This document shows, in pieces, positions 33,400 to 45,527 of a stretch of 64,000 bases of DNA. Positions within the stretch are counted from its first letter, which is position 1. The number at the start of each line of letters is the position of its first letter. The position numbers and the translations under genes were made by a program. Under the pieces are notes generated by a model. It saw only the letters and a program-made list of their open reading frames with translations, did no database searches and had not been told where the DNA came from. Source of the DNA: an uncultured Bacilli bacterium (GTDB taxonomy: Bacteria > Bacillota_I > Bacilli_A > RF39 > UBA660); assembly GCA_934101225.1 (NCBI GenBank), contig CAKOQK010000004.1, forward strand, positions 6,736 through 70,735, given 5' to 3'.

Positions 33400-35034
33400 A
33401 TGGATTATGAAAAACTTGCTGAATTATTATATCCTGATGTTAATTTAACTATTGAAGATTTAGAAAAAAGATATCCTAAAAGAAATTTAGATGAAAAAGC
33501 TGAAGTATGTAGATTTGCACCTAGTCCAACTGGTAGAATGCATATGGGAAATTTATTTGCTTCATTTGTACCAGAGAGATTTGCTCATCAAACTAATGGT
33601 GTATTTATTTTAAGAATTGAAGATACTGATGATAAGAGAGCTATTGATGATGGTGTTAATTTAATTATAAGTGATTTAAAAGAATATAATTATAGAGTTG
33701 ATGAGGGACCTATTAATGGTGGAGAGTATGGACCTTATATTCAAAGTCAAAGAAAAGAAATATATCATACAGTTGCTAAGTATTTAGTTTCTATTGGAAG
33801 AGCTTATCCTTGTTTTTGTTCAGAGGATGATTTAAGTCATATGAGAGAAGAACAAGAAGCTTGTAAAGATAGAATTGGTTATTATGGAAAATATGCTAAG
33901 TGTCGTAATTTAAGTTATGATGAAGTAAAAGAACATATTGATAATGGTGATAAATGGGTACTTAGGTTAAAATCTATGGGTGATTTTAATAAAAAATTTA
34001 CTTTTAAAGATTTGATTAAAGGTACTATTGAATTACCTGAAAATGATTTAGATCAAGTATTAATTAAGTCTGATGGAGTTCCACCTTATGCTTTTGCTCA
34101 TGTTTGTGATGATCATTTTATGAGAGTTACAACAGTTACAAGAGATGATTCTTATATTTCATCAGTACCTTATCATTTAGAATTATGGAAGGCTTGTGGG
34201 TTTGATGCTCCTAAGTTTGCGCACTTGTTACCACTTAATAAAAAAGATGGGGATACTGTTAGAAAACTAAGTAAGAGAAAAGATCCTGAAGCTGCTGTTG
34301 CCTTTTATCATGAAAGAGGAATTCCAGTTGAAGCAGTTAAATTATATTTTGCGACTTTGTTAAATTCTAATTTTGATGGATGGTTTATGCAAAATCAAGA
34401 TAAGAATTATAATGATTTTATGTTTACATTTAATAAGATGTGTACAAGTGGAGGTTCTTTATTTGATATTGAAAAATTAATTAATATATCTAAAAATTAT
34501 TTAAGTAGATTAAGTGCTAAAGAGGTATTTGATAATTTAGATAATTGGTCTAAAGAGTTTGATAAAGATTTTAATGAATTAATTAATAAATATAAAGAAT
34601 ATACAATTAATATTTTAAATATTGAGAGAGAACAAAAGAAACCAAGAAAGGATTTTGCTTGTTATAGTGAAATAAAAGATAATATTTGGTATATGTATGA
34701 TGAATTATTTGATTCAAATATGGTTAAGTTTGAAGTTAAAAATATAGATGAAATTGGTAATATTTTAAACTCTTATGCTAATAAATATTATGATGAAAAT
34801 GATTCGAAGGAAGAATGGTTTAATAAAATTAAATTATTATGTGATGAATTCGGTTATATAACTGATATGAAAGTATATAAAGAAAATCCTGATGCATATA
34901 AGGGAAGTATAGCTGATATATCAAATATTATAAGAGTAGCGTTAACTACTAAAACAACTACACCTGATTTATATGAAATAATGAAATTATTAGGTAAAGA
35001 TAGAGTTATGAAGAGATTAAACAATCTAAAATAG
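33400..35034 (+). CDS. gltX: Glutamate--tRNA ligase
   Basis: Class I motifs PSPTGRMHMGN (HIGH-type) and KLSKRK (KMSKS-type); GAGGAGG SD before ATG 33400 (the track start at TTG 33382 is less likely). Confidence 0.85.
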   Translation: MDYEKLAELLYPDVNLTIEDLEKRYPKRNLDEKAEVCRFAPSPTGRMHMGNLFASFVPERFAHQTNGVFILRIEDTDDKRAIDDGVNLIISDLKEYNYRVDEGPINGGEYGPYIQSQRKEIYHTVAKYLVSIGRAYPCFCSEDDLSHMREEQEACKDRIGYYGKYAKCRNLSYDEVKEHIDNGDKWVLRLKSMGDFNKKFTFKDLIKGTIELPENDLDQVLIKSDGVPPYAFAHVCDDHFMRVTTVTRDDSYISSVPYHLELWKACGFDAPKFAHLLPLNKKDGDTVRKLSKRKDPEAAVAFYHERGIPVEAVKLYFATLLNSNFDGWFMQNQDKNYNDFMFTFNKMCTSGGSLFDIEKLINISKNYLSRLSAKEVFDNLDNWSKEFDKDFNELINKYKEYTINILNIEREQKKPRKDFACYSEIKDNIWYMYDELFDSNMVKFEVKNIDEIGNILNSYANKYYDENDSKEEWFNKIKLLCDEFGYITDMKVYKENPDAYKGSIADISNIIRVALTTKTTTPDLYEIMKLLGKDRVMKRLNNLK

Positions 35035-35056
35035 GTTGTTTTTCTTTTGATGTTAC

Positions 35057-35094
35057 AGTGAACAAAAATGTTTACTTTTGCAAAATTGTTCACT
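35057..35094. repeat. 9-bp perfect inverted repeat AGTGAACAA-N20-TTGTTCACT between gltX and pcrA
   Basis: Read directly; followed by TTATATTTTTT. Possible long-loop terminator or operator. Confidence 0.4.
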
Positions 35095-35188
35095 TTATAT
35101 TTTTTGTGAAATCTTTATTTGTTCGATAGACACAAAATTTATTATTTGTTAAAATTAATGTTAGTGAAAATACTGGAGGTATTGTGTT

Positions 35189-37267
35189 ATGAATGATTTA
35201 CTTAAAAATTTAAATGATGAACAAATAGAGGCTGTTAAACATAATGAAGGACCTTGTTTAGTACTTGCTGGGGCAGGATCTGGAAAGACAAAGGTTTTAA
35301 CTAATCGTATTGCTTATTTAATAGAAAATGGAGTAAGGGATTATAATATTTTAGCGATTACATTTACAAATAAGGCTGCAAAAGAAATGAGAGATAGAGT
35401 TTATAATTTAGTTGGAGATGTTGCTTCTTTTATTGGAACTTTTCACTCATTAGGTTTGAGAATTATTAGAGAAAATTGTGGATATTTAAATTTACCTTCT
35501 AATTTTAGTATTATTGATAGTGATGATGTGTTGACTGTTATTAAGAAGATTCTTAAAGATATGAATTTAGATACAAAACAATATAGTCCTTCTTATATTA
35601 GAAATAGAATATCTTTTATTAAGAATCAAATGCTTAGTGAAATGGAACTTGATAAGTTTTTTAATACGCCTATAGATAAAATAGTTGTAGATGTATACTA
35701 TAAATATAACGAAAGACTTATTGCTAGTGCGGCAGTTGACTTTGATGATTTATTATTAATGCCTGTTAGGTTATTTGAACATAATAAAGAGATACTTGAA
35801 CATTATCAAGAAAGATATAAATACATATTAATAGATGAGTATCAGGATACAAATCCAGTTCAGTATAAGTTATCTAAACTTCTTGCGAGTAAATATAAAA
35901 ATATATTTGTTGTAGGTGATATGAATCAAAGTATTTATGCATTTAGACAAGCAGATTATCATAACATAGTTAATTTTGAAAAAGATTATGCTAATGCGAA
36001 AACAATTAAGTTAGAACATAATTATAGAAGTACAAATAATATTTTAAATGCGGCTAACGATGTAATAAGTCATAATAAGGAAAGAAAAGATTTAAGGTTA
36101 TATTCTGATAAAGGCGATGGACCTAAAATTACTTATTTAAGAAGTTATGATGAAAAACATGAAATATCTTTAGTTATAGATGAAATTAACAAATTATATT
36201 TAGATGGTTATGAACCTAAAGATGTAGCTATTCTATATAGAACTAATGCTCAATCAAGAGCTATTGAAGAGGTGTTTGCTTCTAAAGGTATTCCTTATAA
36301 AATTTATGGTAGTTATTATTTTTACAACAGAAAAGAAATTAAAGATTTAATATCTTATTTAAAATTAATTTATAACGATAAAGATGAAATTAGTTTAAGA
36401 AGAATTATTAATGTTCCTAAAAGAGGTATTGGAGATAGTGCTATTAAGGATATTGAACTTAGAGCTAATTTAAATCAGTGTAGTATGTATGATGCACTTG
36501 AAAGTAAGAAAGAATTGGAGTTTAAAGATATAATTGAATCTATTAAGAAAACTAGTGAAAATTTATCGTTGACAGAGTTAATTGATGAAGTTCTTGATAA
36601 ATCAGGAATGAAGAAGGAACTAGAGAGTAGTCATTTAATTGAAGATGAAACTAGATTAGAAAACCTAATGGAATTTAAAAGTATAACTGCTTCTTATGAA
36701 GAGAGAACTGGTTCTGTTAATTTAGGAGACTTTTTAGAAGAGATATCTTTAGTTTCTGATCAAGCTAATCATACGGAAGATGGTAATGTAGTTACTTTAA
36801 TGACTTTACATAGTGCGAAGGGCCTTGAATTTCCAGTTGTGTTTATGGTTGGAATGGAAGAAGGTATTTTTCCTCATAATATGTCTATTATGGAAGATAA
36901 TATTGAAGAAGAAAGAAGACTTTGTTACGTAGGAATAACTAGAGCAAAAGAAAAACTTTATTTAACAAACGCGAAGAGAAGAATGCTTTACGGTAAAGAT
37001 CAAATGAATGTTCCTTCTAGATTTATTGCTGAAATAAAAGATGATTTACTGGAAAAGAATGAAATAAATAAAGAAGAAAAGATTATTAAAAAAGGTGAAA
37101 TGTATACTAAAGATAATAGTGATATTGTTAAAGGTAGTATTATTGATCACACAGAATATGGACTTGGGGCTGTAATTGATGTTAGTGGTAGCTTAATAAC
37201 TGTGGCTTTTAAGTGTGGTGTTAAAAAATTAATGAAGAATCATAAAAGTATTACGAAAGTTAGCTAA
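35189..37267 (+). CDS. pcrA: ATP-dependent DNA helicase PcrA (UvrD/Rep superfamily 1)
   Basis: Walker A AGAGSGKT, motif II DEYQDTN, TLHSAKGLEFPVVF, RRLCYVGITRAK; conserved pcrA-ligA adjacency. Confidence 0.9.
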   Translation: MNDLLKNLNDEQIEAVKHNEGPCLVLAGAGSGKTKVLTNRIAYLIENGVRDYNILAITFTNKAAKEMRDRVYNLVGDVASFIGTFHSLGLRIIRENCGYLNLPSNFSIIDSDDVLTVIKKILKDMNLDTKQYSPSYIRNRISFIKNQMLSEMELDKFFNTPIDKIVVDVYYKYNERLIASAAVDFDDLLLMPVRLFEHNKEILEHYQERYKYILIDEYQDTNPVQYKLSKLLASKYKNIFVVGDMNQSIYAFRQADYHNIVNFEKDYANAKTIKLEHNYRSTNNILNAANDVISHNKERKDLRLYSDKGDGPKITYLRSYDEKHEISLVIDEINKLYLDGYEPKDVAILYRTNAQSRAIEEVFASKGIPYKIYGSYYFYNRKEIKDLISYLKLIYNDKDEISLRRIINVPKRGIGDSAIKDIELRANLNQCSMYDALESKKELEFKDIIESIKKTSENLSLTELIDEVLDKSGMKKELESSHLIEDETRLENLMEFKSITASYEERTGSVNLGDFLEEISLVSDQANHTEDGNVVTLMTLHSAKGLEFPVVFMVGMEEGIFPHNMSIMEDNIEEERRLCYVGITRAKEKLYLTNAKRRMLYGKDQMNVPSRFIAEIKDDLLEKNEINKEEKIIKKGEMYTKDNSDIVKGSIIDHTEYGLGAVIDVSGSLITVAFKCGVKKLMKNHKSITKVS

Positions 37268-37298
37268 ATTTGTAGTTAACTTTCTTTATTATTTTTGA

Positions 37299-39305
<2,007 letters not shown>

Positions 39306-39364
39306 CAAATTATGTAAACTAGAAATATATAATAAGATATAGTATAATGAATTTGAGGTGTTAT

Positions 39365-39835
39365 ATGAATAATATAAAAAAGTTTTATAAAAATAACCGT
39401 ATTTATTGTATTTTAATGGGAATAAGTATATTTTGTCTTGCTATTATAGCTGTACTTTGTATAATTTATTTTGTTAATCAAACTAAAAATGATAAGTATG
39501 GAGATAGATTAAATGGAATTGAATCAGTTCAAATTACTGAAGATAAGACAAATGAGATGGTTAATTTAATTAAAGAAAATGAATTAGTAGATAACGCTAG
39601 TGTTAGTATAAAAGGAAAAATAATTTATATAACTGTTTCATTAAAAGATGGAAAAGTTACTGATGCTCAATCTATTGCAGTTAAATCATTATCTTCTTTA
39701 AGCGAAGATGAAAAAGCTTTTTACGATATAAATTTTGCTTTTACTAAAAATGATGATGAAACTTTCCCTATTATGGGTTATAAAAAGAGTGATGCTACTA
39801 TAATTTCTTGGTCTAGAGTTAATGGTGAAGAGTAA
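39365..39835 (+). CDS. Membrane-anchored hypothetical protein
   Basis: GAGGTG SD before ATG 39365; N-terminal TM helix YCILMGISIFCLAIIAVLCIIYFV. Confidence 0.6.
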   Translation: MNNIKKFYKNNRIYCILMGISIFCLAIIAVLCIIYFVNQTKNDKYGDRLNGIESVQITEDKTNEMVNLIKENELVDNASVSIKGKIIYITVSLKDGKVTDAQSIAVKSLSSLSEDEKAFYDINFAFTKNDDETFPIMGYKKSDATIISWSRVNGEE

Positions 39836-41856
39836 TGAAAAAGGCTAAAAAAATTATAATTATTATTGTATCTCTTTTATTAATAGTAGGTGTTGGATGT
39901 TTTATATATTTTAATTATTTGTATGATTCTAATAAGTTAAATATTAAAGAAAAAGAGTGGATAAATAATAACGCAAATAAGGTTGTATCATTTGGAATAC
40001 CTGCTAATATAAATAATTTTAGTAAAAATGGTAGTGGAGTTTTTTATGCTTTTACTAGTGATTTAGAAAGTGAATATAAGTTAAATATTAATGATAATTC
40101 TTATAATACTTTTGATAATAGTTTAGGTTTTTATATAACAAATAAAGAATCTTCTAATGATTTACTTTTTTATAAAGATTTTTATGTTTTAGTAAGTAAA
40201 GATGATAAAGTTATTACTAATATTAATAATATTAGATCTGAGAAGATTGGGACATTAAATGATTATTCTACTGTATTAACAAGTAATACTGATTTTGTTG
40301 GAACTATAAGTCTTGCTAATAATAAAAATTCTTTGTTGAGTGATTTTGATGCATCTAATTATAGTTATATATTTATACCTTTAAATGAATATATAGATGA
40401 AATTATAAGTAATAATTATAAAGTTGTTTATCAATTTGAAAATATTCCAATTTATTATTATTTACATTTAGGTGCAGATAAAACTTTTAATAGTGTTATT
40501 ACTAAATTTTATAATGAATGGGGAAATAAATTAGAAGAAAATTATTATAGACATTTGTTTAATATATATAAGAATGAGCTTTCATTAACTGATTTAGATA
40601 TTGATTCCTTTACAAAAAATGTTTATAACTTTGGATTTGTAAACAAAACTCCATTTATTGCTGGTAATGGGAATAAAGTTGGAGGTATATTGGCTGAATA
40701 TTTAAAGGAATTTAGTAAATTAACTGATAGTGAATTTAATTTTATATCATATAAAACTGCTACTGATTTGGATAAGGGTTATAATAATGGAAAATTAGAT
40801 TTAATATTTAATGATAGTAGTAATAATGATGGAGTTATTAAGACAAATATTAATGAAAAATTCTATATTATTGGTAGTGATAAGGAAGAACTTCTTTATG
40901 CGAATTTAAATTTAATTAATGATAAAACTATATGTGTTATTGATAATAGTAATTTAGCTAGTTATTTAGGTAATTATACTAATTTAAAATTAGAGAAAGT
41001 TAAAAATGAAAGTAAATTATCTAGATGTGCAAGTAAGAATAAATTAGTTGCTGTTGATGCTATCACTTATGATTATTTTAATAATAGTAAGGTTAAAAAT
41101 TATCATATAGTTTATAGTGGCTATAATAGTGTTAATTATAGTTTTAAATATAAGAATAGTGATGATGCTTTTTCTAAAGTATTTAGTTCATATATTAATA
41201 CATTAGGTTTTAATAAAATGGAAATTAGAGGTATTATTTCATATAAAAGTGTTAGTGGAACTGTTAGTATTATTACAATGCTTGCTAAGTATATATTAAT
41301 ACTTAGTGGTGTTGGTATATTAGTTGTAGGTGTTATGGTTTATTCTAAGAAAAAAGTTAAATTAAATACTAAGATTAAAAAGGATGAAAAATTAAAATTT
41401 GTAGATATGTTGACATCTTTAAAAAATAGAAATTATTTAAATGAGAGAATTGAGATATGGAATCAAAACACTATTTATCCTCAGGCTATAATTGTTATTG
41501 ATTTAAATAATATTAAATATTTAAATGATACTTTTGGTCATGAAGAGGGAGATAAACAGATAATGGCAGCTGCTAATGTTTTACATCAAAATCAATTAGA
41601 TAATACTGAAATTATGAGAACTGATGGTAATGAATTTATGATTTATTTAGTTGGTTATAATGAGAAACAAGTTGTTAATTATATTAAAAAATTAGTTAAA
41701 GAATTTAATAATTTACCTTATGAATATGGAGCAGCAATTGGTTTTAGTATGATTGTTGATGATTTGAAATTAATAGATGATGCTATTAATGAGGCTTCGC
41801 TTCTTATGAGGGAAAATAAAGAAATTGAGTATAGTGAAAATGAAAAACAAAGTTAA
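39835..41856 (+). CDS. Membrane sensor with large extracytoplasmic domain and a degenerate GGDEF domain
   Basis: N-terminal TM, second TM IITMLAKYILILSGVGILVVGVMVY, then a GGDEF-fold segment LTSLKNRNYL...DLNNIKYLNDTFGHEEGD...RTDGNEF (DGNEF in place of GGDEF, 41623-41637). Confidence 0.75.
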   Translation: MKKAKKIIIIIVSLLLIVGVGCFIYFNYLYDSNKLNIKEKEWINNNANKVVSFGIPANINNFSKNGSGVFYAFTSDLESEYKLNINDNSYNTFDNSLGFYITNKESSNDLLFYKDFYVLVSKDDKVITNINNIRSEKIGTLNDYSTVLTSNTDFVGTISLANNKNSLLSDFDASNYSYIFIPLNEYIDEIISNNYKVVYQFENIPIYYYLHLGADKTFNSVITKFYNEWGNKLEENYYRHLFNIYKNELSLTDLDIDSFTKNVYNFGFVNKTPFIAGNGNKVGGILAEYLKEFSKLTDSEFNFISYKTATDLDKGYNNGKLDLIFNDSSNNDGVIKTNINEKFYIIGSDKEELLYANLNLINDKTICVIDNSNLASYLGNYTNLKLEKVKNESKLSRCASKNKLVAVDAITYDYFNNSKVKNYHIVYSGYNSVNYSFKYKNSDDAFSKVFSSYINTLGFNKMEIRGIISYKSVSGTVSIITMLAKYILILSGVGILVVGVMVYSKKKVKLNTKIKKDEKLKFVDMLTSLKNRNYLNERIEIWNQNTIYPQAIIVIDLNNIKYLNDTFGHEEGDKQIMAAANVLHQNQLDNTEIMRTDGNEFMIYLVGYNEKQVVNYIKKLVKEFNNLPYEYGAAIGFSMIVDDLKLIDDAINEASLLMRENKEIEYSENEKQS

Positions 41857-42700
41857 GAATGGATTTAATAATACTTTAACTAGATTTAAGCATTATATTA
41901 TGAATGTAATTAAGATATTAAAAAAGCCGGAGATGGCCGTATTACCGGGACAACTGGCTTTTTCTATAATATTATCTATTGTTCCTATTATTACACTTAT
42001 AGGTTATGGAGCATCTTATTTTAATATTTCAATGGATACTATAATTAATATGGTTAAAAGTAATTTTTCGGAAAATATAGTTAAGATGATTGTTCCTATT
42101 ATTAGTGGTGATAGTATTGATTTAAATTTAATTATTATGTTGTGTTCAATGTTATATTTTGCATCAAATGGACCTAATTCAATAATTTTTGTTACGAATA
42201 GTATTTATGGATTTGAACAAACAAGTTGGATTAAAAGAAGAATTAAAGCAATGGTTATGACTTTCTTAGTTATTGTACTTTATTTATTTATTCTTCTTGT
42301 ACCGGTTTTTGGTAGTAAGATTATTGATGCAATAGATTATTTTAATATAAAGTCAGTATTAACTTGTTTACTTGGAATTATGCAAGGACCTATTTCATGG
42401 GTGATAATCTTTATTTTTATTAAAGTTATTTTTACTATTTCACCTAATAAGAGTATTGATCCTGTTAGAATTAATGTTGGAGCTATATTTACTTCACTTG
42501 GTTTTATTGCTGTAACTCATTTTTATAGTTATTATGTTAGCCATTTTGCTAAGTATGATATATTTTATGCAGGATTATCTAATGTTATGGTTTTACTTTT
42601 ATGGGTTTATTTTCTAAGTAATATATTAGTTATTGGAATATCACTTACGACAGAAGTTAAAGATGAAGATTTACCAAAAAGTGGAAAGTTAAATTTTTAA
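41840..42700 (+). CDS. YihY/BrkB-family membrane protein
   Basis: LPGQLAFSIILSIVPIITLIG signature-like start and multiple TM helices; start uncertain (41840 or 41900). Confidence 0.7.
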   Translation: MKNKVKNGFNNTLTRFKHYIMNVIKILKKPEMAVLPGQLAFSIILSIVPIITLIGYGASYFNISMDTIINMVKSNFSENIVKMIVPIISGDSIDLNLIIMLCSMLYFASNGPNSIIFVTNSIYGFEQTSWIKRRIKAMVMTFLVIVLYLFILLVPVFGSKIIDAIDYFNIKSVLTCLLGIMQGPISWVIIFIFIKVIFTISPNKSIDPVRINVGAIFTSLGFIAVTHFYSYYVSHFAKYDIFYAGLSNVMVLLLWVYFLSNILVIGISLTTEVKDEDLPKSGKLNF

Positions 42701-42811
42701 ATTTAAGACATAATAAGAATGTGCACACGAATATTACTTAGTGCACGATTAAATATTTTATGATATCAATCTAGTATTGTTGTACTAACGATATTGTAGA
42801 GTAATATTTGA

Positions 42812-42838
42812 GATGTACATTTAGGTGTGCATCTTTTT
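42812..42838 (+). terminator. Terminator-like hairpin after the YihY-family gene
   Basis: GATGTAC-N8-GTGCATC stem (one mismatch/wobble) followed by T5. Confidence 0.4.
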
Positions 42839-42869
42839 AAAAAAAATAATGCTTTTTGATATAAGCATT
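42839..42869 (-). terminator. Intrinsic terminator of the 827-aa minus-strand gene
   Basis: AATGCTT-N8-AAGCATT stem overlapping the stop codon, followed on the minus strand by a T8 run. Confidence 0.55.
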
Positions 42870-45351
42870 ACTTAAAATATGTTTTTTGATATTCTTTTTG
42901 AGAGATTTCGTCTTTAATGTAATTATCAAATAAGTTTATTATATTTTCTTCTGTAAGATTATAAACACAATTATTATCATCTAAAATATTATAATATATT
43001 AATACTTGTTTTAAGTTACATATTAGTAGAGAATCAATGTTTAAATATGGATATTCTTGTGAACTAATTAAATTTTGATTAATGATTATTTGAGCATTGC
43101 TGGTAGTGTTATCTAAATTTTTGGTTAAAATTAAATTAATGTTGTTTAGATTAATTTTGTTATTATCTATTATCGCAAAATATTGGTTTTCAATAGTAAT
43201 TTTATTTCCATCAACCTTTAGATATTCTTTATTTGTCATTTCAAAATCGCCGTAGTTTAGTAAATCTATTAAATAATTGGTTGATAGATAATCAGTTAAT
43301 TCGATAGAGGGACTATCTATAAAATATTTCACATAATCGTAGAAATTAAGTGTTACAAATTTTGAACTTGAATTTTCTGTTTCGTATATTATTCTTCCTT
43401 TTTTATCGGTTAATTTAAAAGAATTTGTACCATCTATATTTTCGCCAATTATTACATTTAAATTTTTTAAATAATCGGTTGTAATTTCATTTCCATTAAT
43501 ATTTAAAGATATTTTTTGATATTTAAATGGAGAAATTTGAAAATAATTAGTAAGTAATTCGTTGATATTATAGTTTTTGTTATTAACTACGTTATTAAAG
43601 ATATATGAAATAAATTGATATTGATATTTTTCATTATTTATATCACCGGTCATGACAATATCCTCTATACTTATTAAAGTGATTTTACCTTCTTTATCTA
43701 AAACTGGTATGCGTGTTTTTTGATTATACAATTTATTGTTTTCAGGTATATCTATAATGAGATATATTTCATCATCTTTAGTAACACAGTATCCTTCGAT
43801 TATAATATTTAAATAATTACTAAATTTACTAAAGAATTGTTCTTTTGTTATTAGTTCTTCTTTCACATATCCATTTGATATTAAATAATTGTTATATAAA
43901 TCTAGCATTTCTGAAAATATGTTAATTAATATATTATTGTCGTAATTTGAAGTAAGGTTATTATTTGAATTAAGATAATCATTAAATTGTTCATACATTT
44001 CTTTTTTAGATTTATCGTTTTTTGGATATTTATATTCACTATTAAATAGATAATTTTTAAACTCTGCCAAGTATTTATTTATGTTTTTACTATCTTTTAT
44101 AATGTCATTAGATATAGTTATATCTTTATTCATTTCTTTTAATATTTGATTATATTTATTTATATAGTTTTCTGCAATTGATGGATAAGATTTACAATCT
44201 ATTAAATTTAAAAAATTAAGTATGTTGACGTATAAATTACTGTCTTGATTAATACTTTCTATACATAAATTAAACATTGCATCTAGAAATTCTGGTGTTT
44301 CTTCTATTTTAATGTTTTCGCCTGTATTTGTTTCAGTATCACACATAGCATCTGAACAATTAAAAATATAATCTATATCTGTTAAAGGGTATTTATCTTT
44401 AAGCATATTGTAAAGTTTGGTTATTCCACCTTGTTCATAATCATAGTAATTATAGTTAACTAATGTTAGGAGATAATCTAATATTTTTCCTTCTCTTCGA
44501 TAAGTCGTTACGTCTGTTATTCCACTAATAACTTTATTAGTCATTGCTTCATTAAGTGATGATCCTAAAATTGTTGTTCTATATTTTCCTACTAAATCAT
44601 TTTTTGAACACCAATGATGATATGAATGGGCTAATTCATGTAGTATTACTTCTTCATTACTATTCCATTTTTCTTTAATTTTAATGATGTTATAATCTAC
44701 TTCATAAATACCAGCGATATGTTTGTATATTATATTGTCAGGAAGTTTTTTTATTCTCATATTTTTAATATTGTCATAAAAGATTCGATTATCGGTTAAA
44801 GGATATTTCATGTTTATATATTTTGCAAGTTTAATAGCACATTCTTTATATTTTTCATCTAGATTATCATTATTATTTATTGCGTTTATTATTTCGTCTA
44901 ATGGGACACTTTCTTTACCAAGATTTTTATCTAATTTTTGTGAATCATCAAAATAGATATTATTACTATACTTTGTTTTAATTTGTAATTCATTATTATT
45001 TATTTCAACTTCATATGTTTTACCCTTTAGTAAGAAACTTGTTGCTTCGAAAGTTGTTAATACAACTAAAACAGCTGAAATTCCTCTCGTTATGTTAACT
45101 ACTGCTTCTCTAAATTTATATTTTTTTGGATAAAGAAGTGATGATTTAATATTATTAGAATACATAGTGGTGTAATCTTTTTCATTATATATTTTATTTA
45201 AGTTTAGAAAATCATTTAATAATGGATAGTGGTATTTTCCGTTTGATAATTCTAAAAACGTTTTTCTTCCGTTTTCACATAAAAAGATAGTAAATACTTT
45301 TTTATTGTAGTGAATATTGAATAATTTTTGTGCTTTTATTTCGTTTTTCAT
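42868..45351 (-). CDS. Large membrane-anchored protein with HExxH (gluzincin-like) metallopeptidase motif, otherwise uncharacterised (827 aa)
   Basis: Start at internal ATG 45351; the track's extra 39 codons run through repeat R1. TM ISAVLVVLTTFEATSFLL; HELAH at 44626-44640 with LNEAM 25 residues downstream. Confidence 0.65.
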   Translation of the reverse strand: MKNEIKAQKLFNIHYNKKVFTIFLCENGRKTFLELSNGKYHYPLLNDFLNLNKIYNEKDYTTMYSNNIKSSLLYPKKYKFREAVVNITRGISAVLVVLTTFEATSFLLKGKTYEVEINNNELQIKTKYSNNIYFDDSQKLDKNLGKESVPLDEIINAINNNDNLDEKYKECAIKLAKYINMKYPLTDNRIFYDNIKNMRIKKLPDNIIYKHIAGIYEVDYNIIKIKEKWNSNEEVILHELAHSYHHWCSKNDLVGKYRTTILGSSLNEAMTNKVISGITDVTTYRREGKILDYLLTLVNYNYYDYEQGGITKLYNMLKDKYPLTDIDYIFNCSDAMCDTETNTGENIKIEETPEFLDAMFNLCIESINQDSNLYVNILNFLNLIDCKSYPSIAENYINKYNQILKEMNKDITISNDIIKDSKNINKYLAEFKNYLFNSEYKYPKNDKSKKEMYEQFNDYLNSNNNLTSNYDNNILINIFSEMLDLYNNYLISNGYVKEELITKEQFFSKFSNYLNIIIEGYCVTKDDEIYLIIDIPENNKLYNQKTRIPVLDKEGKITLISIEDIVMTGDINNEKYQYQFISYIFNNVVNNKNYNINELLTNYFQISPFKYQKISLNINGNEITTDYLKNLNVIIGENIDGTNSFKLTDKKGRIIYETENSSSKFVTLNFYDYVKYFIDSPSIELTDYLSTNYLIDLLNYGDFEMTNKEYLKVDGNKITIENQYFAIIDNNKINLNNINLILTKNLDNTTSNAQIIINQNLISSQEYPYLNIDSLLICNLKQVLIYYNILDDNNCVYNLTEENIINLFDNYIKDEISQKEYQKTYFK

Positions 45352-45435
45352 TTGATTTCTTCCCTTGTGGAAGGTATTATAGCATTTTTTTGATTGATAA
45401 TAAAGTATTTTAATAATATAGATAGTATTTTGATG

Positions 45436-45486
45436 GTTATCGACCAAAAATAACACTTTATATATCAAAAGTGGTCGATAACTTGC
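45436..45486. repeat. 51-bp hairpin repeat, copy R1
   Basis: GTTATCGACCA-N25-TGGTCGATAAC-TTGC; lies 42 nt upstream of the ATPase ATG; followed by T7. Confidence 0.85.
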
Positions 45487-45527
45487 TTTTTTTGGATATT
45501 TATTGTACTATTTAATTGGTGATGATA

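Noticed and set aside
34854-35093. Minus-strand 79-aa ORF overlapping the gltX 3' end
   Set aside because: Antisense to gltX with no signals; the intergenic part is better explained by the inverted repeat.
35057-35130. LexA (Cheo) box upstream of pcrA
   Set aside because: GAAC and GTTC half-sites are present but are not spaced as GAAC-N4-GTTC. GAACAAAAATGTTT has the wrong register, so I do not call an SOS box.
45352-45468. 39-codon N-terminal extension of the 866-aa track ORF (similar 5' extensions at 10434-10526, 17401-17484, 5955-5981, 33382-33399 and 47414-47446)
   Set aside because: The extensions lack an SD, run through repeats or upstream genes, and internal ATGs with good SDs give conventional N-termini.
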